Below, piece after piece: positions 33,501-45,462 of a stretch of 64,000 bases of DNA; positions within the stretch are counted from its first letter, which is position 1, and each line of letters begins with the position of its first letter. Position numbers and translations under genes: made by a program. Location: the NCBI GenBank assembly GCA_030295235.1, contig AP026130.1:868001-932000 (forward strand), given 5' to 3'. The DNA comes from Fistulifera solaris. Taxonomy: Eukaryota. The notes beneath the pieces were generated by a model, which made no database searches, had not been told where the DNA came from, and saw only the letters and a list, made by a program, of their open reading frames with translations.

Positions 33501-35374
33501 TTCTAAGCTTAGAGAACATCCGCTCTCTCTATCTCAGCCTTTGTGCTGAGTCCAAGTGCTCTGAACTAATTGTACGGATCGAGAAAATACTAAGCACCAA
33601 AACGACCATGGATGAACACAGACAGCAGCTTTTTTGCCTCAACTCCGTCAAGCATGAAGACGACATAGATGACTTTGTTCGATATCTTCGCGGTTCAATA
33701 CTTGGGGTCATCATCAGCGTTTTTGAACCTTCTGTGGATGAACATACTTCAGCCGTTGTCGATTCTCACCACAATCTACGCCTTTTGGGAACAACTTATA
33801 GCCTTCTAGATGCATTCTGCAACGACATGCTCTACGGTTTGCAAGGTAAAAGCGGTGGATTAACCTACGAACTTTTTGAATCGCTGCTTGATGCAGCCGA
33901 GACCGCTGTTTGCCAGCTCCAGAGTTTAGAACAGTCTTATTCTATCATGGCTACAAACTCGTCCACAAGAGCTGTCGATTTAAATGGAACAATGAGCGCT
34001 TTGGAAGAAATTCTTCAAACTACGTCCTTCTCCCAGAGAAATGTTCACAAAAAGATGTTCTCGCTGGCGGCGGAGATTCTCCCTGCTTTTTACCGTTCTA
34101 TCTCGCGAATTTACATATGCTGCAAACCGGTTGTGCGCATGGCTGGCCCGCTTCTCAAACATAAAATATCAAATGGAGCAGCTGCTTTCATACAAGCAGT
34201 CGGTATTCAGCTCGACACTCTTCAAGGGTATTCGTCGTGGAAAGACGAATGTTTTGTCGACATGGAAGACGATTGTTCGACATGTTCGGGAAAGCCCCGA
34301 GACTACTGCTCCAAAAGGAGAAGAGAAAGTATTGATGCAGCAAGTCCAACCCCCAAGACTATTCCCGCCGAATGTCCACCTGCATCTAAGGAGATAGTAG
34401 TGCAGGTCCTTGACAAGAAATCTTGGACATGGACATTGAGTTCGTCTCTACATGCTATCCTCTTTTTCATAGAAGATTTTCGCGCATCACTTGATCTGAA
34501 AACGCAGGTACATAGAGGCCCAAATATTATGCAATACATACGAGCACGAACGGTTGAGATGAATGGTGTCTTTGTGGCCTTTAACTACGTTCTAGATATG
34601 GCTGAAGCAGGAACTACAGCAAACGGAGATGCACATGCAATCAAAGCGATGGTTCTCCCTTCCAATCTCAAAATGAAAATGTGCTGTGTTCTCGATTGCG
34701 TTGCCTCTGTTTCGATGAAATCTTTGAAAATGATTCAGGATCTGGCACGTGATGTCTTCAGTGAAAGCACACGTGCAATGTCTGTGGCGGTGGCAGAGGC
34801 TCTGAGCTATTTAGTCAGCTGGCTCTCATATTCTCGCCCAGAAACGCTAGATATTTATCACAAAACTCGACGATGGCGTCATCTAGAGACTCTTCACTCC
34901 AAGGAAGATGCTAGAGAAGGCGGACTTGCTTCGGGAAATAGCGCCATCGCTATCAGGTTACGTAAAACAGAATTGCGCATGGACGAATCCGAGGAAATGT
35001 TACGCAAAGTGCTGGCATTCATGCACAATTGTAAACACAAACGAACTTGCAATCGAGACAAATTCCAGTCAATTTTAACTAAATACATCGATTGTGACTT
35101 AGTTGAATTATTGGAACAAAAGTCCACTCAACTCGCACAAGGCCATGCTGTTATTGAACATCAGTTCGGACCAGCAGAAAGTGAAGAAAATAAGAAGAAG
35201 CGAAAGATAACGGAGAACATGAAACGACGTCTGAACAAAGAACGCCGTCGGCTAACCCTTCGAAGCCGAAACGAAGTAGTGGACAAGTGGCTACAAATTG
35301 ACCGCGTCACGGGCGACGAAATGGTGGAAGACGATGCATTCGCCGATCTCGAAGACTTTTTGGTAGACGGTTAA
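30515..35374 (+). CDS. Large (1619 aa) hypothetical, probably alpha-helical nuclear protein
   Basis: 4.86-kb uninterrupted ORF, Leu-rich. C-terminal basic NLS-like tract and an acidic tail (RSRNEVVDKWL...DAFADLEDFLVDG). Confidence 0.8.
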   Translation: MNVTNQQCRQISPDNDRILAGLCDAARNNDASSVAKTLGLRRRSSASVRSPLLQQDQTSTLHLEDLIFTESFRLIVKALLMAPTAYDTPWKAALESVSILQKSSHQPGSPDLIQMTALEIQTFLQQNVAFWLNEERKQSLSSNSSPRQPCVSNEGLSTPGDYMIELANCVLLPLRSQNDQSRENAFPAENHWEPALGIVACLVVLTEHLDMRLHHSILDGVVNPIHSYCLMPFVRLVVDIRCYFREQDWRFLFAQFQRSLADPFSHNALPFLMECVLKLITELLHQFDISFVSSWRVIVLQIMMLASGNAVTFGFVERTVSSYVSSLSGVTQCQLISALRKGDHPDEDKYPRWLKACMLLQLTHAASRSKSELVSHMLRRSLPHSSRIKASVDSNSGSNLLEDIFALTDCGALLDLVNEVENDWLSLFRDLKYEGKGKFVGTNNSTQSTLINTCGSLVWETICLGGSSSVNCAETRRVESWINCCVQVFDDSNSSHRRLFTALAALTTIFCELPDFQSKLKELIVHCFDQIDDCEESTMERAVLYCLLLSKLSRSNPENHFQAIQGVEGIVFTPMPFNLFMDVVDAIVELPCGREKLLCVSRSYLDSLSSDDAYASFQANASPSILLKCGLHGLLVLISVRDWNGLEEDAWSVLSNFIVENQPRYAVTHRTWFYEHVRRHIQSHCLPSSTADHLLRSIVARLLVFYVSQDDNTLYLAPERVFYFNKVNTDEVNVVEDVTSLVGLAMDLLHFLALEVKNVEVRDTIGVVYQTLTREIDLKGADMSPSNVCSSILSAVKDGKALVYAVPLMCLLAIDLEKPHAIPSPLDRMSCISVQDLMKLTADEERRKLKSLDVKWHEYTTHSKTNIAPEMKSAAITLRMQVTDVLLDFVFGLRWKETRIASQSEILVQRLSAILTLKRQWKVEVPKTQLKRSSMHSEVCVITCDHLLSVMLPSINEIIQFDCSLGKIDSVLSAVLDVCELLKRAIGAVSDNKLRFLSLENIRSLYLSLCAESKCSELIVRIEKILSTKTTMDEHRQQLFCLNSVKHEDDIDDFVRYLRGSILGVIISVFEPSVDEHTSAVVDSHHNLRLLGTTYSLLDAFCNDMLYGLQGKSGGLTYELFESLLDAAETAVCQLQSLEQSYSIMATNSSTRAVDLNGTMSALEEILQTTSFSQRNVHKKMFSLAAEILPAFYRSISRIYICCKPVVRMAGPLLKHKISNGAAAFIQAVGIQLDTLQGYSSWKDECFVDMEDDCSTCSGKPRDYCSKRRRESIDAASPTPKTIPAECPPASKEIVVQVLDKKSWTWTLSSSLHAILFFIEDFRASLDLKTQVHRGPNIMQYIRARTVEMNGVFVAFNYVLDMAEAGTTANGDAHAIKAMVLPSNLKMKMCCVLDCVASVSMKSLKMIQDLARDVFSESTRAMSVAVAEALSYLVSWLSYSRPETLDIYHKTRRWRHLETLHSKEDAREGGLASGNSAIAIRLRKTELRMDESEEMLRKVLAFMHNCKHKRTCNRDKFQSILTKYIDCDLVELLEQKSTQLAQGHAVIEHQFGPAESEENKKKRKITENMKRRLNKERRRLTLRSRNEVVDKWLQIDRVTGDEMVEDDAFADLEDFLVDG

Positions 35375-35497
35375 ACGCTTCATGCACAAGAGAGCGGCGA
35401 TTCAATTTTGTAATAAAAGTCTATTAAAGGACGCTATATAGAGCCCTACATCGCTTGTCCTACTTTCATTGTAATGATGTCCGTTCATACTAGTCAA

Positions 35498-36601
35498 TTA
35501 TTGTGTTTGATTATCGTTCATCGTCAAAGCTTTTGTTGCGTTCCCGGACTCTGCCACAGCCTTCATCGCGGTTGCTGCTTGCGCCAAAAGTGAGTTCATA
35601 TCCGCAGGTCGATCATTGAATAAAATAGTATTGCTTTGCTTGCCCATTTCGCCGTACATGGCAACATAGTCTCGGGCCAGCGCCAGTTGCGCAGCTTCCT
35701 GACCACCTGGCTTTAATAGTTCCGCTGATATCTTCCGCAAAGCGTCCGCTTGAGCGCTAGCAATCAATTCTATGGCTGCCGCTTCACCTTCTGCCTCCAA
35801 TAATCGTTTCGTCTTTTCTGCTTGCGCTTCATTCGAAATCTTAATCAAGTTACCCTCTGATTCGTTCGTGAGACTAATTTTGACACCTTCTGACTCGAGC
35901 TCCGCACGTCGCTTTTCTCCCTCCGCTCGGAGGACTTGTTCTCGTCGGGCACGTTCGGCCGCCGCCTGTTTGTCCATGGCCACACGAATTTGCTGATCCG
36001 GCGTAATTTCGGTAATTTCGTACCTTCGAATTTCGATTCCCCACGGCTCCGCCGCTTCTTGCAAACTCCCCTTAATCAATGCATTGAGCCGAGCCCTACC
36101 GTGCAAAATTTCGTCCAATTCCATTTCTCCGATCGCGGAACGCATCGCCGATTGAGCGTGCTGTGTGACCGAATACAACGGATTGAAGGCACCGTACGCC
36201 GCCTTTTGTGGATCGAGGAATCGTAAAAACAAATTGCCGGATACTTCCACGGAAACATTATCCCGCGTAATCGCGGCTTGCGGCACAATATCGAGCGCTC
36301 GTTCACGAACATCTACTACATACGCAATGCGATCAATCAAGGGAATGGCCCAGAAATATCCGGAATCGTGAATGGCGTGTAGTTTTCCGAGACGTTCGAC
36401 GACGTATTGATGTCCTTGCGGGACGATATTGAAGACAGTATTCGTCTTGGTGACAGGCCAGTTCCCAATGGAATCACCTCCGAAATTTCTTCCACCAAAG
36501 CCTTCCAGTTGGTACGAAGAGAAGGCGCGAATCGAGGAAGGATGCGATTGTAGCTTGCGAAGGATGAGGGCAGTGTTCGTTGCGGAGCGCATTTTCATCA
36601 T
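35498..36601 (-). CDS. STOML2: Stomatin-like protein 2 (SPFH/Band-7), mitochondrial
   Basis: IVPQGHQYVVERLGK, AITRDNVSV, AQSAMRSAIGEMELD, WGIEIRRYEI and QAAAERARR; Band_7_C motif LARDYVAMYGEMGKQSNT; Arg/Ser-rich presequence. Confidence 0.92.
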   Translation of the reverse strand: MMKMRSATNTALILRKLQSHPSSIRAFSSYQLEGFGGRNFGGDSIGNWPVTKTNTVFNIVPQGHQYVVERLGKLHAIHDSGYFWAIPLIDRIAYVVDVRERALDIVPQAAITRDNVSVEVSGNLFLRFLDPQKAAYGAFNPLYSVTQHAQSAMRSAIGEMELDEILHGRARLNALIKGSLQEAAEPWGIEIRRYEITEITPDQQIRVAMDKQAAAERARREQVLRAEGEKRRAELESEGVKISLTNESEGNLIKISNEAQAEKTKRLLEAEGEAAAIELIASAQADALRKISAELLKPGGQEAAQLALARDYVAMYGEMGKQSNTILFNDRPADMNSLLAQAATAMKAVAESGNATKALTMNDNQTQ

Positions 36602-37055
36602 TTTTGAAAACTGAGGGCTGGATCCAGCAATTCGATTGACTCACGACAACAAATATAATAGAATTAGCAGTCGCTTCTCTCACTTTGTTCCAAATGCGAC
36701 GATTATGCTTGATATTTATTTTTTGCTTGCTTTCATCCTTTCATCTCGACGATGTTCTCGAGCGGATGGTGAGTCAGGACGTCTTGCCATTGTCACTATT
36801 CACTATACGTGCGAAAGTTAATTATGGTTACCGTTCCGACTAAAAACAACAACATCTCTACTATTTAACTGTACTGTACTTTTTCTTTACTTGCAGACAC
36901 CTCACACAAAAGATTTTCTTCCTTTTATTATTCAACGCAATGAAGCTTTCTCATTATACTTCTAATCAATCATTGTGACGCTTTCCTACTCTCTTCATTT
37001 TCCTGTTCTACGTTTCGTTGCCTTCTTTTTAAATGACGCGATGCGCGCAGATAGG

Positions 37056-37858
37056 ATGCGCAAGAATGTTTGTTTCGCTGTAGTTCTTCTTGTGCAGCTG
37101 CTTCACATTGACGGCTTTGCATCAATTCGCCTTTTTCGGCATAACAAGCTATGTTCTATACGCTCTCCTTGCCCACAGTTTCTCTCCATTGGCGATCTCG
37201 CAATAACGGAATCCCTTTCCGATTCTCTTTCGTTTCTGACGGCGAACCCTTCAATTGTTGTCAGCGGCCTCGGCCTGACCGGCGGCTTGCTGTACGCCAC
37301 GACACGGCCACCCCAACGGCTCATTGACGACAATACTTTACAGGCGATTCTAGAAACCACTTACATGGCGAAGCAACAACAAAAAGGCACACTGCAGTGT
37401 GTTTATAAAGCAACTCGTGATGGTTGGAAGGCGAATGCGTTTCATGACAAAGTCGACTTTGCTGGATCCGGAGTGGTGGTCGTGCAGGCACAGGGAAAAG
37501 TGTTTGGGGGATACAATCCCAACGGCTGGCGATCAACCGACGACTATACCACGTCCACGACGGCCTTTTTGTTCCGCGTCGTCAGCTCAGGACGGGTCGA
37601 AAAGTACAAAGTGCAGGCGAATGGCCCCGCACTGTTTGATTACGCGAGTGCCGGTCCTTGTTTTGGAACCACCGATTTGTTAATCGGCCCCCACAAGCGG
37701 CCGTTTTGGGAGGTTTCGCGGGACCGAACATGGAAAATGAACCACCCGGTAGTCTGCAAGTGGCTACCATCCTGCCGGGACAAACGTACGATACCGATGC
37801 GCGATGGAAGGTGCGGGGTTACAAAATTCGTTTGCAAGAAGTGGAAGTGTATTGTTAA
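37056..37858 (+). CDS. TLDc-domain protein, probably plastid-targeted; frameshift near 37690
   Basis: CVYKATRDGWKANAFHDKVD, VFGGYNPNGW, GPCFG and LQEVEVY; signal peptide ending DG-F. Confidence 0.82.
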
Positions 37859-38100
37859 GTAGATAGATGAAGACGTTCGAAGTAGAATAACACATAGCTA
37901 ACTTTACACATATATAATTTGCAACAAGGGATTTTTCCTAACGAGAAAATGAGTTCAGGTCTAGAGAGTCTCCGTGCATCCCAAATAGACTACTCTGAAA
38001 ACGTGAATAGTGAAAAGCACTGGAAGTGAACACCTAGAAAAAATACGGCTGAACACAGAATATCTGCTGTACTGGTAGGGATTGATGATGAAAAACACTT

Positions 38101-38200
38101 GGTCCAGAGTTTCTGGACCTCGCGCAGAATTTCTGTATGACGAATCACATAAATTCCAGAATTTCTGGAATTCACACAAAATTCCTGAGTTTTTTGAACG
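38101..38200. repeat. Cluster of TCCAGA-N3-TCTGGA palindromes related to the 4031-4130 cluster
   Basis: TCCAGAGTTTCTGGA (38103), GCAGAATTTCTGT (38124), TCCAGAATTTCTGGA (38155) and a degenerate copy near 38183. Confidence 0.65.
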
Positions 38201-38345
38201 AGCACACAATGATGAAAATGACACAGATTATCTTTTCGCATGGCAGGACCATACTTTGAAAATGGGGTGTTGGCATGCAAAATTCGATCATTTTGTCGTG
38301 ACAAACGGTGATTCTTTTTTACAGCTCGATTTTTGACCCATGTCG

Positions 38346-38430
38346 CACCTTACATTTTCTGTTCACGTGAAAGCACCACATACCCACATTTTCTGTAAAC
38401 GTGAAGAACTTGATTCCCACATTCTCCGTG
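38346..38430. repeat. Three ~32-bp degenerate tandem units (ACATTYTCYGT..ACGTG)
   Basis: ACATTTTCTGTTCACGTGAA, CCCACATTTTCTGTAAACGTGAA and CCCACATTCTCCGTGCACGTGGAA. Confidence 0.65.
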
Positions 38431-39877
38431 CACGTGGAAAACCGCTTGCCCATTGCCCACTCCAAAAATCCGCCTCTCAAAGCCGGCTGCCACGATCGCT
38501 GTTTTGCATGTTGTGGTTGTGACATAGATTGCCTTGAATGTAAATTCCGTGGTTGTTATAAAAATTAGGGTGGGAAAACACAAGGTTTATCCGAAAGATT
38601 TAACATTCTAGATTTCTCAAAAAGGTCATTGATTTATGATCTGCATCGCTCATTGCCCTGCAGCACATTCGCATCAAAGATGTTTGCTCGTGCAAGTCGC
38701 CATTCCCGACTGTTACAGAGAATACGATATCGACGGAATCAAACAGACACATCATCGTCGAAAAGCGAAACTTTTCTGCATATCGGACCGTCCGGAGATT
38801 GCTGGACCGGCGCCAGCCTCTTTGCTGCAAAGCATTTAACACCTGATTATGTGAAAAGCATACCTTTGATTTCCTTGGACGAGGACGCAATCGCACGACT
38901 CTTAGATCTATTGCACGAGGAACCAGCATGGTGCCATCAAATGTACGACACACAGCAAATACCGGATGAGGTCTTGTTGCGCGTGACAAACAACATTATG
39001 GACAAGACGAAATAACGCTGTTAGGAGTGCGAACAGGTGTGCAAGTTTGTCGACTGCCTGATTGATGATGGTCTGGCAATTTGAGAAATACGGAATAACA
39101 GAACTGCAGAGACCTTGACCCAGGAAGAAGTTGAAGAAAAGCCGACGATCTTTGCCCGCGCCTGTACTACGTACTAAATGAAATTACTCAATGTTTCTGG
39201 TGCTAGTGTTAGTTTGTTAATCAATAATCAGCAAGCACATGAATAATCATCGCAAGTCGGCAATCTAGTTTGGTTCTCTCGCCTATTAAATTCATGACTG
39301 AAAAGCAGTCGTGGTTGCTTTAAACCAACACTACAAACCATAGTAAAAAGGAAAGACCGATTTGGCAACATTTCAACCATTAATAATCGACGCATTCATT
39401 GCAAATTATGCGAGCAGCCTCCAAAGTGCTAACCACGTACGACTAGGATTGCTAAAAGAGATGGCTGAAGTTAGTGAGCATGGGCTTGGTTTCCCTTTGA
39501 TTTGAATCATGACTGAAATGCAGTCGTGGTAAATGTCCTCTACACGGTATAGGTTATAGTGGCAAAGAAAGACCATATCCTTATTGGATTTGCACTGCAT
39601 TTTCGCCGCATTGGAAAAAGACCGTTGCCATGATAGGTTTTGTTGGCATTCATTGCTCTTCAAAGGAAAGCCATTGATGATCTTTACGGATTATTTCTCT
39701 CTTTTATGATAAAACACAACGACAAAGCTATAAGTGGGTCAAGAAGTTTTGAGATTTAGTGTTTTTTTTGGAAATATTGTTTTGCGAACGAACGCAAACC
39801 TACATCTTTATAATCATTCAACACCATTCACGCGAGCATATTACATCTGAACTGCTTTGAAACCCAATGCGAGCGTC

Positions 39878-41479
39878 ATGTCATTGAAAACTTCCATCGG
39901 GTCGAGCAGTCCCTTTCGCTTGGCTTCCAATAACAATACACGCCTAGCCATGAATGCCCCGACACAAACTTTACCGTCATCATCGTTCTCCGAACGAAAA
40001 TACCAACATTTATACGTCTTGCCAGTTTTACTCCTGGAGTTTCTCGCCATTGCTCTCACACGAGCCATTTTACCGGGTCTATTGCTACAAAAGTACGGCG
40101 ATAATGTTTATTTGGTCATGGGATGTACCGAGTGTGTGCGAGGTCTGTTAGCATTTCTGGCTTGTCCCTTTTTGGAAAACTTTCGGATGTCATTGGACGA
40201 AAAGTGTGTCTTTTGTCACGGTCCTTGGGACATGTGCTCCTGTTTGCGTCCTAGCATTCTTTTCTTGGGATACACAGCAATCACCAACGGAAGAAAGTAG
40301 CATGTCCTCGAGCACTGACGACAACTTTTGGTCGTCCCTTCTGGACCCAGCCACCAACGAAGTCGCGATGAGCGCGTTTCATCCCAATGCTATCACTGTC
40401 TTTGTTATTCTCCTCGCACTCTCCGGTATCTTCTCTTCCACATTCACTCTGGTCTTTGCTTACATATCCGATACGGTGCATCGGCAAGACGAGCGGGTCT
40501 CTGCCTACGGACTCGCGCTCGCCACGTTTGGATTGAGCTTCACCATGGGACCCATCGTCGGTGGCTACTTGGCTCAACAGAACAAACAATACGTCTTTTT
40601 GACTTCGCTACTCCTCACGGTCGTTGATCTTGCTTACATTTATTTCATTCTACCCGAATCACGTCCCATCGACGCTCCATCGAGTGCTGCAAGTACAATA
40701 TCACTCATGACGTTAGATCACAACTTTTCTTCGTCTTGGAAGCCATGGGATTCCTTGCGACTGATTGCGACGGATCCATTTTTACGGAAAGTAGGAGAAG
40801 TTGCTTTCCTATACTACACTGGGCTGTGGGCCATAATCTCGACCTTATCTGTGTACGCCGTCAAACGATTTCATCTTACACCGGAACGATTGGGTGAACT
40901 CATGTCCGCACTGGGGCTGTCCACAATGCTTGCGGAAGCCGTTCTGGTTCGCGTCATGGTGCCATGGCTGGGTGAAAAGAAGGCCATGAAAGTAGGTCTC
41001 GTGTCCTTTGCCCTTCAATGCGTCGTTTTAGGATTTGCTACCGAAGGATGGCATCTCTTTGTTTGCGCCATGTTTTCTTTGCTGGGAAACTTGGTCTACC
41101 CGTCACTTTCCTCTCTAGTCAGTGGCAGTGTGGAACCTGACGCCGTTGGAGAAGCACTGGGTGCCATCAACGGAATCAAAGCACTCACCGAGGGCATAGG
41201 GCCACTGGTCTTCGGAAGCCTAATGACACTATCCGAGGCATCCCCATTGCCCGGATGGCCGTATTTGCTAGCTTCGCTTCTTGTTTTTGCTGCTTATAGA
41301 GTTGCGGACGAATTACCGGATTTGGAAGAAGATGACTATATTCACGAATTGGAACGAAAACAAAAGGAGGATTCGAGCTTTTTGCTCTGGGACGTAACCG
41401 GCAAAACGATGACGAAGTGGAGGGTCTTTTGAGCGAAATTGATGAATATTCAGATCACGAGGAGACCAGTACGCTGTAA
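39878..41479 (+). CDS. MFS transporter, HIAT1/MFSD14 (tetracycline-transporter-like) family; frameshifts near 40170-40210 and 41385
   Basis: About 12 TM segments; motif A G-KLSDVIGRK after frame correction; FAYISD, AYGLALATFGLSFTMGP, ILPES and GAINGIKALTEGIGP. Confidence 0.88.
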
Positions 41480-42018
41480 TCAGTTGCAATAGCTGCCGCA
41501 AACGCAACAACTGGTACCTCTATACCTGGTAACGATGTTTGCCTAAAGCATAGAATCCGTCGGTGTCTGTGATAAGAGTTTAATCTGTACTCAGACGGCG
41601 CACAAGTATCCGTGAATAGGCTTCTCCTATTGAAAAGTCCATCGTGACTGTTTCAAAAAAACTACTACGTAATAAAGTTAATCGAATGCAGCCGTCTATC
41701 ATCGTAATCTATTATTTCATCCTTAGCTCGGATCATTGAAGTCGTACCGCAACTCCAGAACGTAATAAGAGTGAGACGCGCGCCACCAAGTGCCCAGTCA
41801 TTAGGTGACTGACGTATGTCGTAGGCTTACTCATGTCGTAGGTGAAAAAAACCAACGTGGACCATGGCGGGCGGACGAAAAGACGCCGTTTTGCTTGCGA
41901 CGTACCTTTTCGTTGCGACCGTGTCGACCTCCGATCAACGACATTTGTGTTGTTGACGATAATACAAGAATTGAGCCTTACCCAGCTTTTCGACGCATCA
42001 AACTAATCAAAAGATACC

Positions 42019-42922
42019 ATGAAGTTCACCACTTTTTCTCTCGCCGCCCTTATTGGCTCTGCATCGGCATTCACCGTCTCCGTAAGTGCCAATGAGAATA
42101 TTTTTTTAAAATTTTTTCTGAGGCTCGCTTGCCCCCTCACAAAGAATCTTTCTCTTTCGTCTTCATTTTATTATTTACCTTTTCCAAAACCAGCAAAACA
42201 GCCCTCGTACTTCAACCTCGTTGAATGTCTGGGGAGATAAGGACTATTTGATTGCTCCCTCCATTCTTTCCGCTGATTTTGCCCGCCTCGGTGAGGAAGT
42301 CGACAACGTCTTGGCTGCCGGAGCCGATGTCGTTCACTTCGATGTGATGGACAACCACTACGTACCCAACTTGACCATCGGACCCATGGTATGCAAGGCT
42401 CTTCGCGATCACGGTGTTACGGCCCCGATTGATGTTCACTTGATGGTGTCTCCGGTGGACGCTGCTATTACGGACTTTATCGCTGCCGGCGCGTCGTACA
42501 TTACCTTCCACCCGGAAGCCACAAACCACGTCGACCGATCCCTTCAGTTGATCCGAAACGGTGGCTGCAAAGCTGGATTGGTCTTCAACCCGGCTACTTC
42601 GTTGGATGCTGCAAAGTATGTCATTGACAAGTTGGACATTATTTTGCTCATGTCGGTAAACCCAGGCTTTGGTGGTCAAGCCTTTATTCCGGCCGTCCTG
42701 GACAAGGCCCGAGAAGCCCGAAAATTGATCGATGAAGCCGGAATAGACTGCCGTTTGGAAATTGACGGAGGTGTCAAGGTTGACAACATCCGAGAAGTCG
42801 CCGAAGCTGGTGTCGACATGATGGTGGCCGGAAGTGCTATTTTGAAAGAACCCCGAACAATGGAGGCTTACAAGGAAACCATTGATGCCATGCGTGCGGA
42901 ACTAGCCAAAGTAAAGAAGTAA
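42019..42922 (+). CDS. RPE: Ribulose-phosphate 3-epimerase, plastid-targeted; intron 42082-42193
   Basis: [46 protein letters not shown] and VAGSA; presequence [18 protein letters not shown]. Confidence 0.97.
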
Positions 42923-43125
42923 GCCACTTCTGTTGGACCGAATAACAATACATTGCGTAAGAAAAGACAACCTTTGATAGGTAAATGAAAACATGATACG
43001 TTAAAAGCAGTAATACAATTAAGCTGTAGATCTTGTCACGATCTTCTGGATCGAGCATCTACTCGACACTATTCGGTTTAGACCACTGTGAAACTTTAGT
43101 TGTAGAAAAACGCATCGGCCATCAT

Positions 43126-43874
43126 TTACGAGCTACTCGATGTTATCCAGCTTAAACACCTTCCCATACACATTGCCTGGAATCGAGCACACGCCATGAA
43201 TACAGGCTTAAGAAGATGTCCCATAGCGGCGAATACGTATTTGAGACCAGCAGCGCCCCCGGGCAGAAAACTAATAAGGTACCAAAGTAAAGCAAGTAAC
43301 TGGATCCCCGAGGACAACATAACCATGAAATAGCCCGAAATCCCTCCATACGAGAAGGTACAAAACAGTGTGAAAAACAGAGAACCAAGGTAGATTGTTG
43401 TAAAGAGCATACGATCGGGTTGCAGCATACTTTTGAAGTGCTCCATCGGTCCTTTTAATATCCCAAAGGAGCTCATAAACATTAAAGAGCCCATCGAAAA
43501 GCTTAAGGAGAATTTGTGTGGATGTACTGCCATAGTCGGTAGGCCCACAAAGAATGCTAGTGCGAAAAAGAGGGCTGACAAAAGAGCAAGCCACAGAATA
43601 CCTTTGTCAAAAAAATCAGTGCTCAGTAAACGAATTGTGCTGCCTAGGAAATTCGAATTTTTCCTACCTGAAAGCGTTGTTGATATCCCATACCCATGAT
43701 TTTCTTGGGCATTTGTGCTTCCATGGCCGATTTCATGCTCGCAAAGCTAAAGTTCGGCATAGATTCCGTGTCAAAGAGGGGCAGCATTTGATCCGTACCG
43801 AACCAGCTACTGCTGCCGTCTCCACTTTCTCCCGACTTTTGTTCGTCATACCATTGACCGAAGGATGTGCTCAT
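43126..43874 (-). CDS. SFT2: SFT2/Got1-like vesicle transport membrane protein; intron 43602-43667; frameshift near 43580
   Basis: MGYQQRFQ-VF..., PHKFSLSFSMGS, LKGPMEHFKSM and ALLWYLISFLPGG. Confidence 0.85.
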
Positions 43875-44335
43875 TGTGTTCGTGTGAGATTGTTAAAAGA
43901 TTGGAAGCTTTGTTACGACGAAGTATGATCGACGCCTTATTATTTTGTTGCTTTGTTCTAATTTCGGCGACGCGACAAGCGACAACGGCACGATTAACGA
44001 GCACGTTTTGAAGAACGAGACACTGGGGGTAAAAAGTATTTCTTAGTACCGGTAAGATGGGATTCAGTACAAATTTGAAGCCTCCTCATCACAAAGAGGT
44101 GCAACGTTTTTTCTCACAACATCTTTCATTTATTTTACGGAACACAGTTCGAAGGACTTCATGCCACCATACCTGGTACAAGGCACAATCAACTTCTTTC
44201 TATTCATTCACCATCATTTGTAAAAGAGGTGCCTCTTCAAAAACAAGACTCTACAGTAAAGACGGCAATCCTCCGTTCTGTTAGGAATTGATCCTACTAT
44301 TCGCGCGGATCCACGATTTTGTTTTCTTGCCACGA

Positions 44336-45462
44336 ATGTCAACGTTCGGTGCTCCTCCTGCGGGTAATCCGAATGCTCTAACGCCAGGCGACTGCTGCGT
44401 GCCTCAGCCAGGTAATGATGGTATTTCTTGTCTGAAGTGGAGTCCTACAGCGAATATTCTCGTTTCGGGAAATTGGGACGGCGGTCTTCGCTGCTGGCAA
44501 GTGCACGAACAAGGAGGACAGATTCAGGCCATGCCCGCAGCTCAAGGTAGGAGAACGAGGTTTTTGGTTATTCATCTCATTTGACGAGCTCATTACTTTC
44601 ACCTTATTCTAGTCAATCACCCAAATAATGCACCTGTTCTGAGTGCATGTATCAGTGCGGATGGAACAAAAGTATTCTCGGGGGGCTGTGACAAGGCGGT
44701 GCGCATGTATCAGTTAGGACAAGCGCCACCAAATAACGTCCCTTTCAAATCGGTACACATGATCAGCCCGTCAAAGGAGTAGGATATATTCGGTCATCTA
44801 ACTTAGTTGTCAGCGGAGGTTGGGACTCGAAGCTAAAATTCTGGGACCAGCGACAACAACAACCGGTGGGAGTGTTTGACTTGCCCGAGCGTGTGTACGA
44901 TCTTGACGTCCATGAGAACCTTTTGGTAGTTGCAACCGCTGGTCGACACATCATCGAGTACGATTGCTCGGGTCAGCCCTGGGAGCATTCTCGCGTCACC
45001 GCACTTCACAAGTATCAATCTCGTTGCATCTCGTGTTTTCCCGATTCAAAAGGATTCGCTGTCGGAAGTATCGAGGGGCGTGTAGCAGTCCACTATCTGG
45101 AGAACGGTGCTGGAAAACAAAGCTTCACATTCAAATGTCATCGCCAAGAGTCGTCCGTCTATGCTGTGAATGGTATTGCGTTTCACCCGGTACATGGAAC
45201 CTTTGCGACTGTGGGAAGTGATGAAGCGGTGAACTTCTGGGACAAGGATATCAAGTCGCGAATTTATAGCTTTACAGAAACAAAGCGGCCGATATCTTGC
45301 GCTGCATTTAACAACCAGGGAAACCTCTTTGCATATGCCAGTAGCTACGATTGGAGCAAAGGGAGCAGTAATGTGCCACAAGGGAACGAAATTTTTATTC
45401 ACAAGGTGAAAGACGACGAGATCCTTTCAAAAAACAGAAATGTTTCTGGACATAACCGTTAG
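44336..45462 (+). CDS. RAE1: mRNA export factor RAE1/Gle2 (WD40); intron 44547-44612; frameshift near 44745
   Basis: DGISCLKWSP, SGGWDSKLKFWD, LPERVY, KYQSRCISCF, GSIEGRVAV, FTFKCHR, FHPVHGTFATVGSD and FAYASSYDWSKG. Confidence 0.92.
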
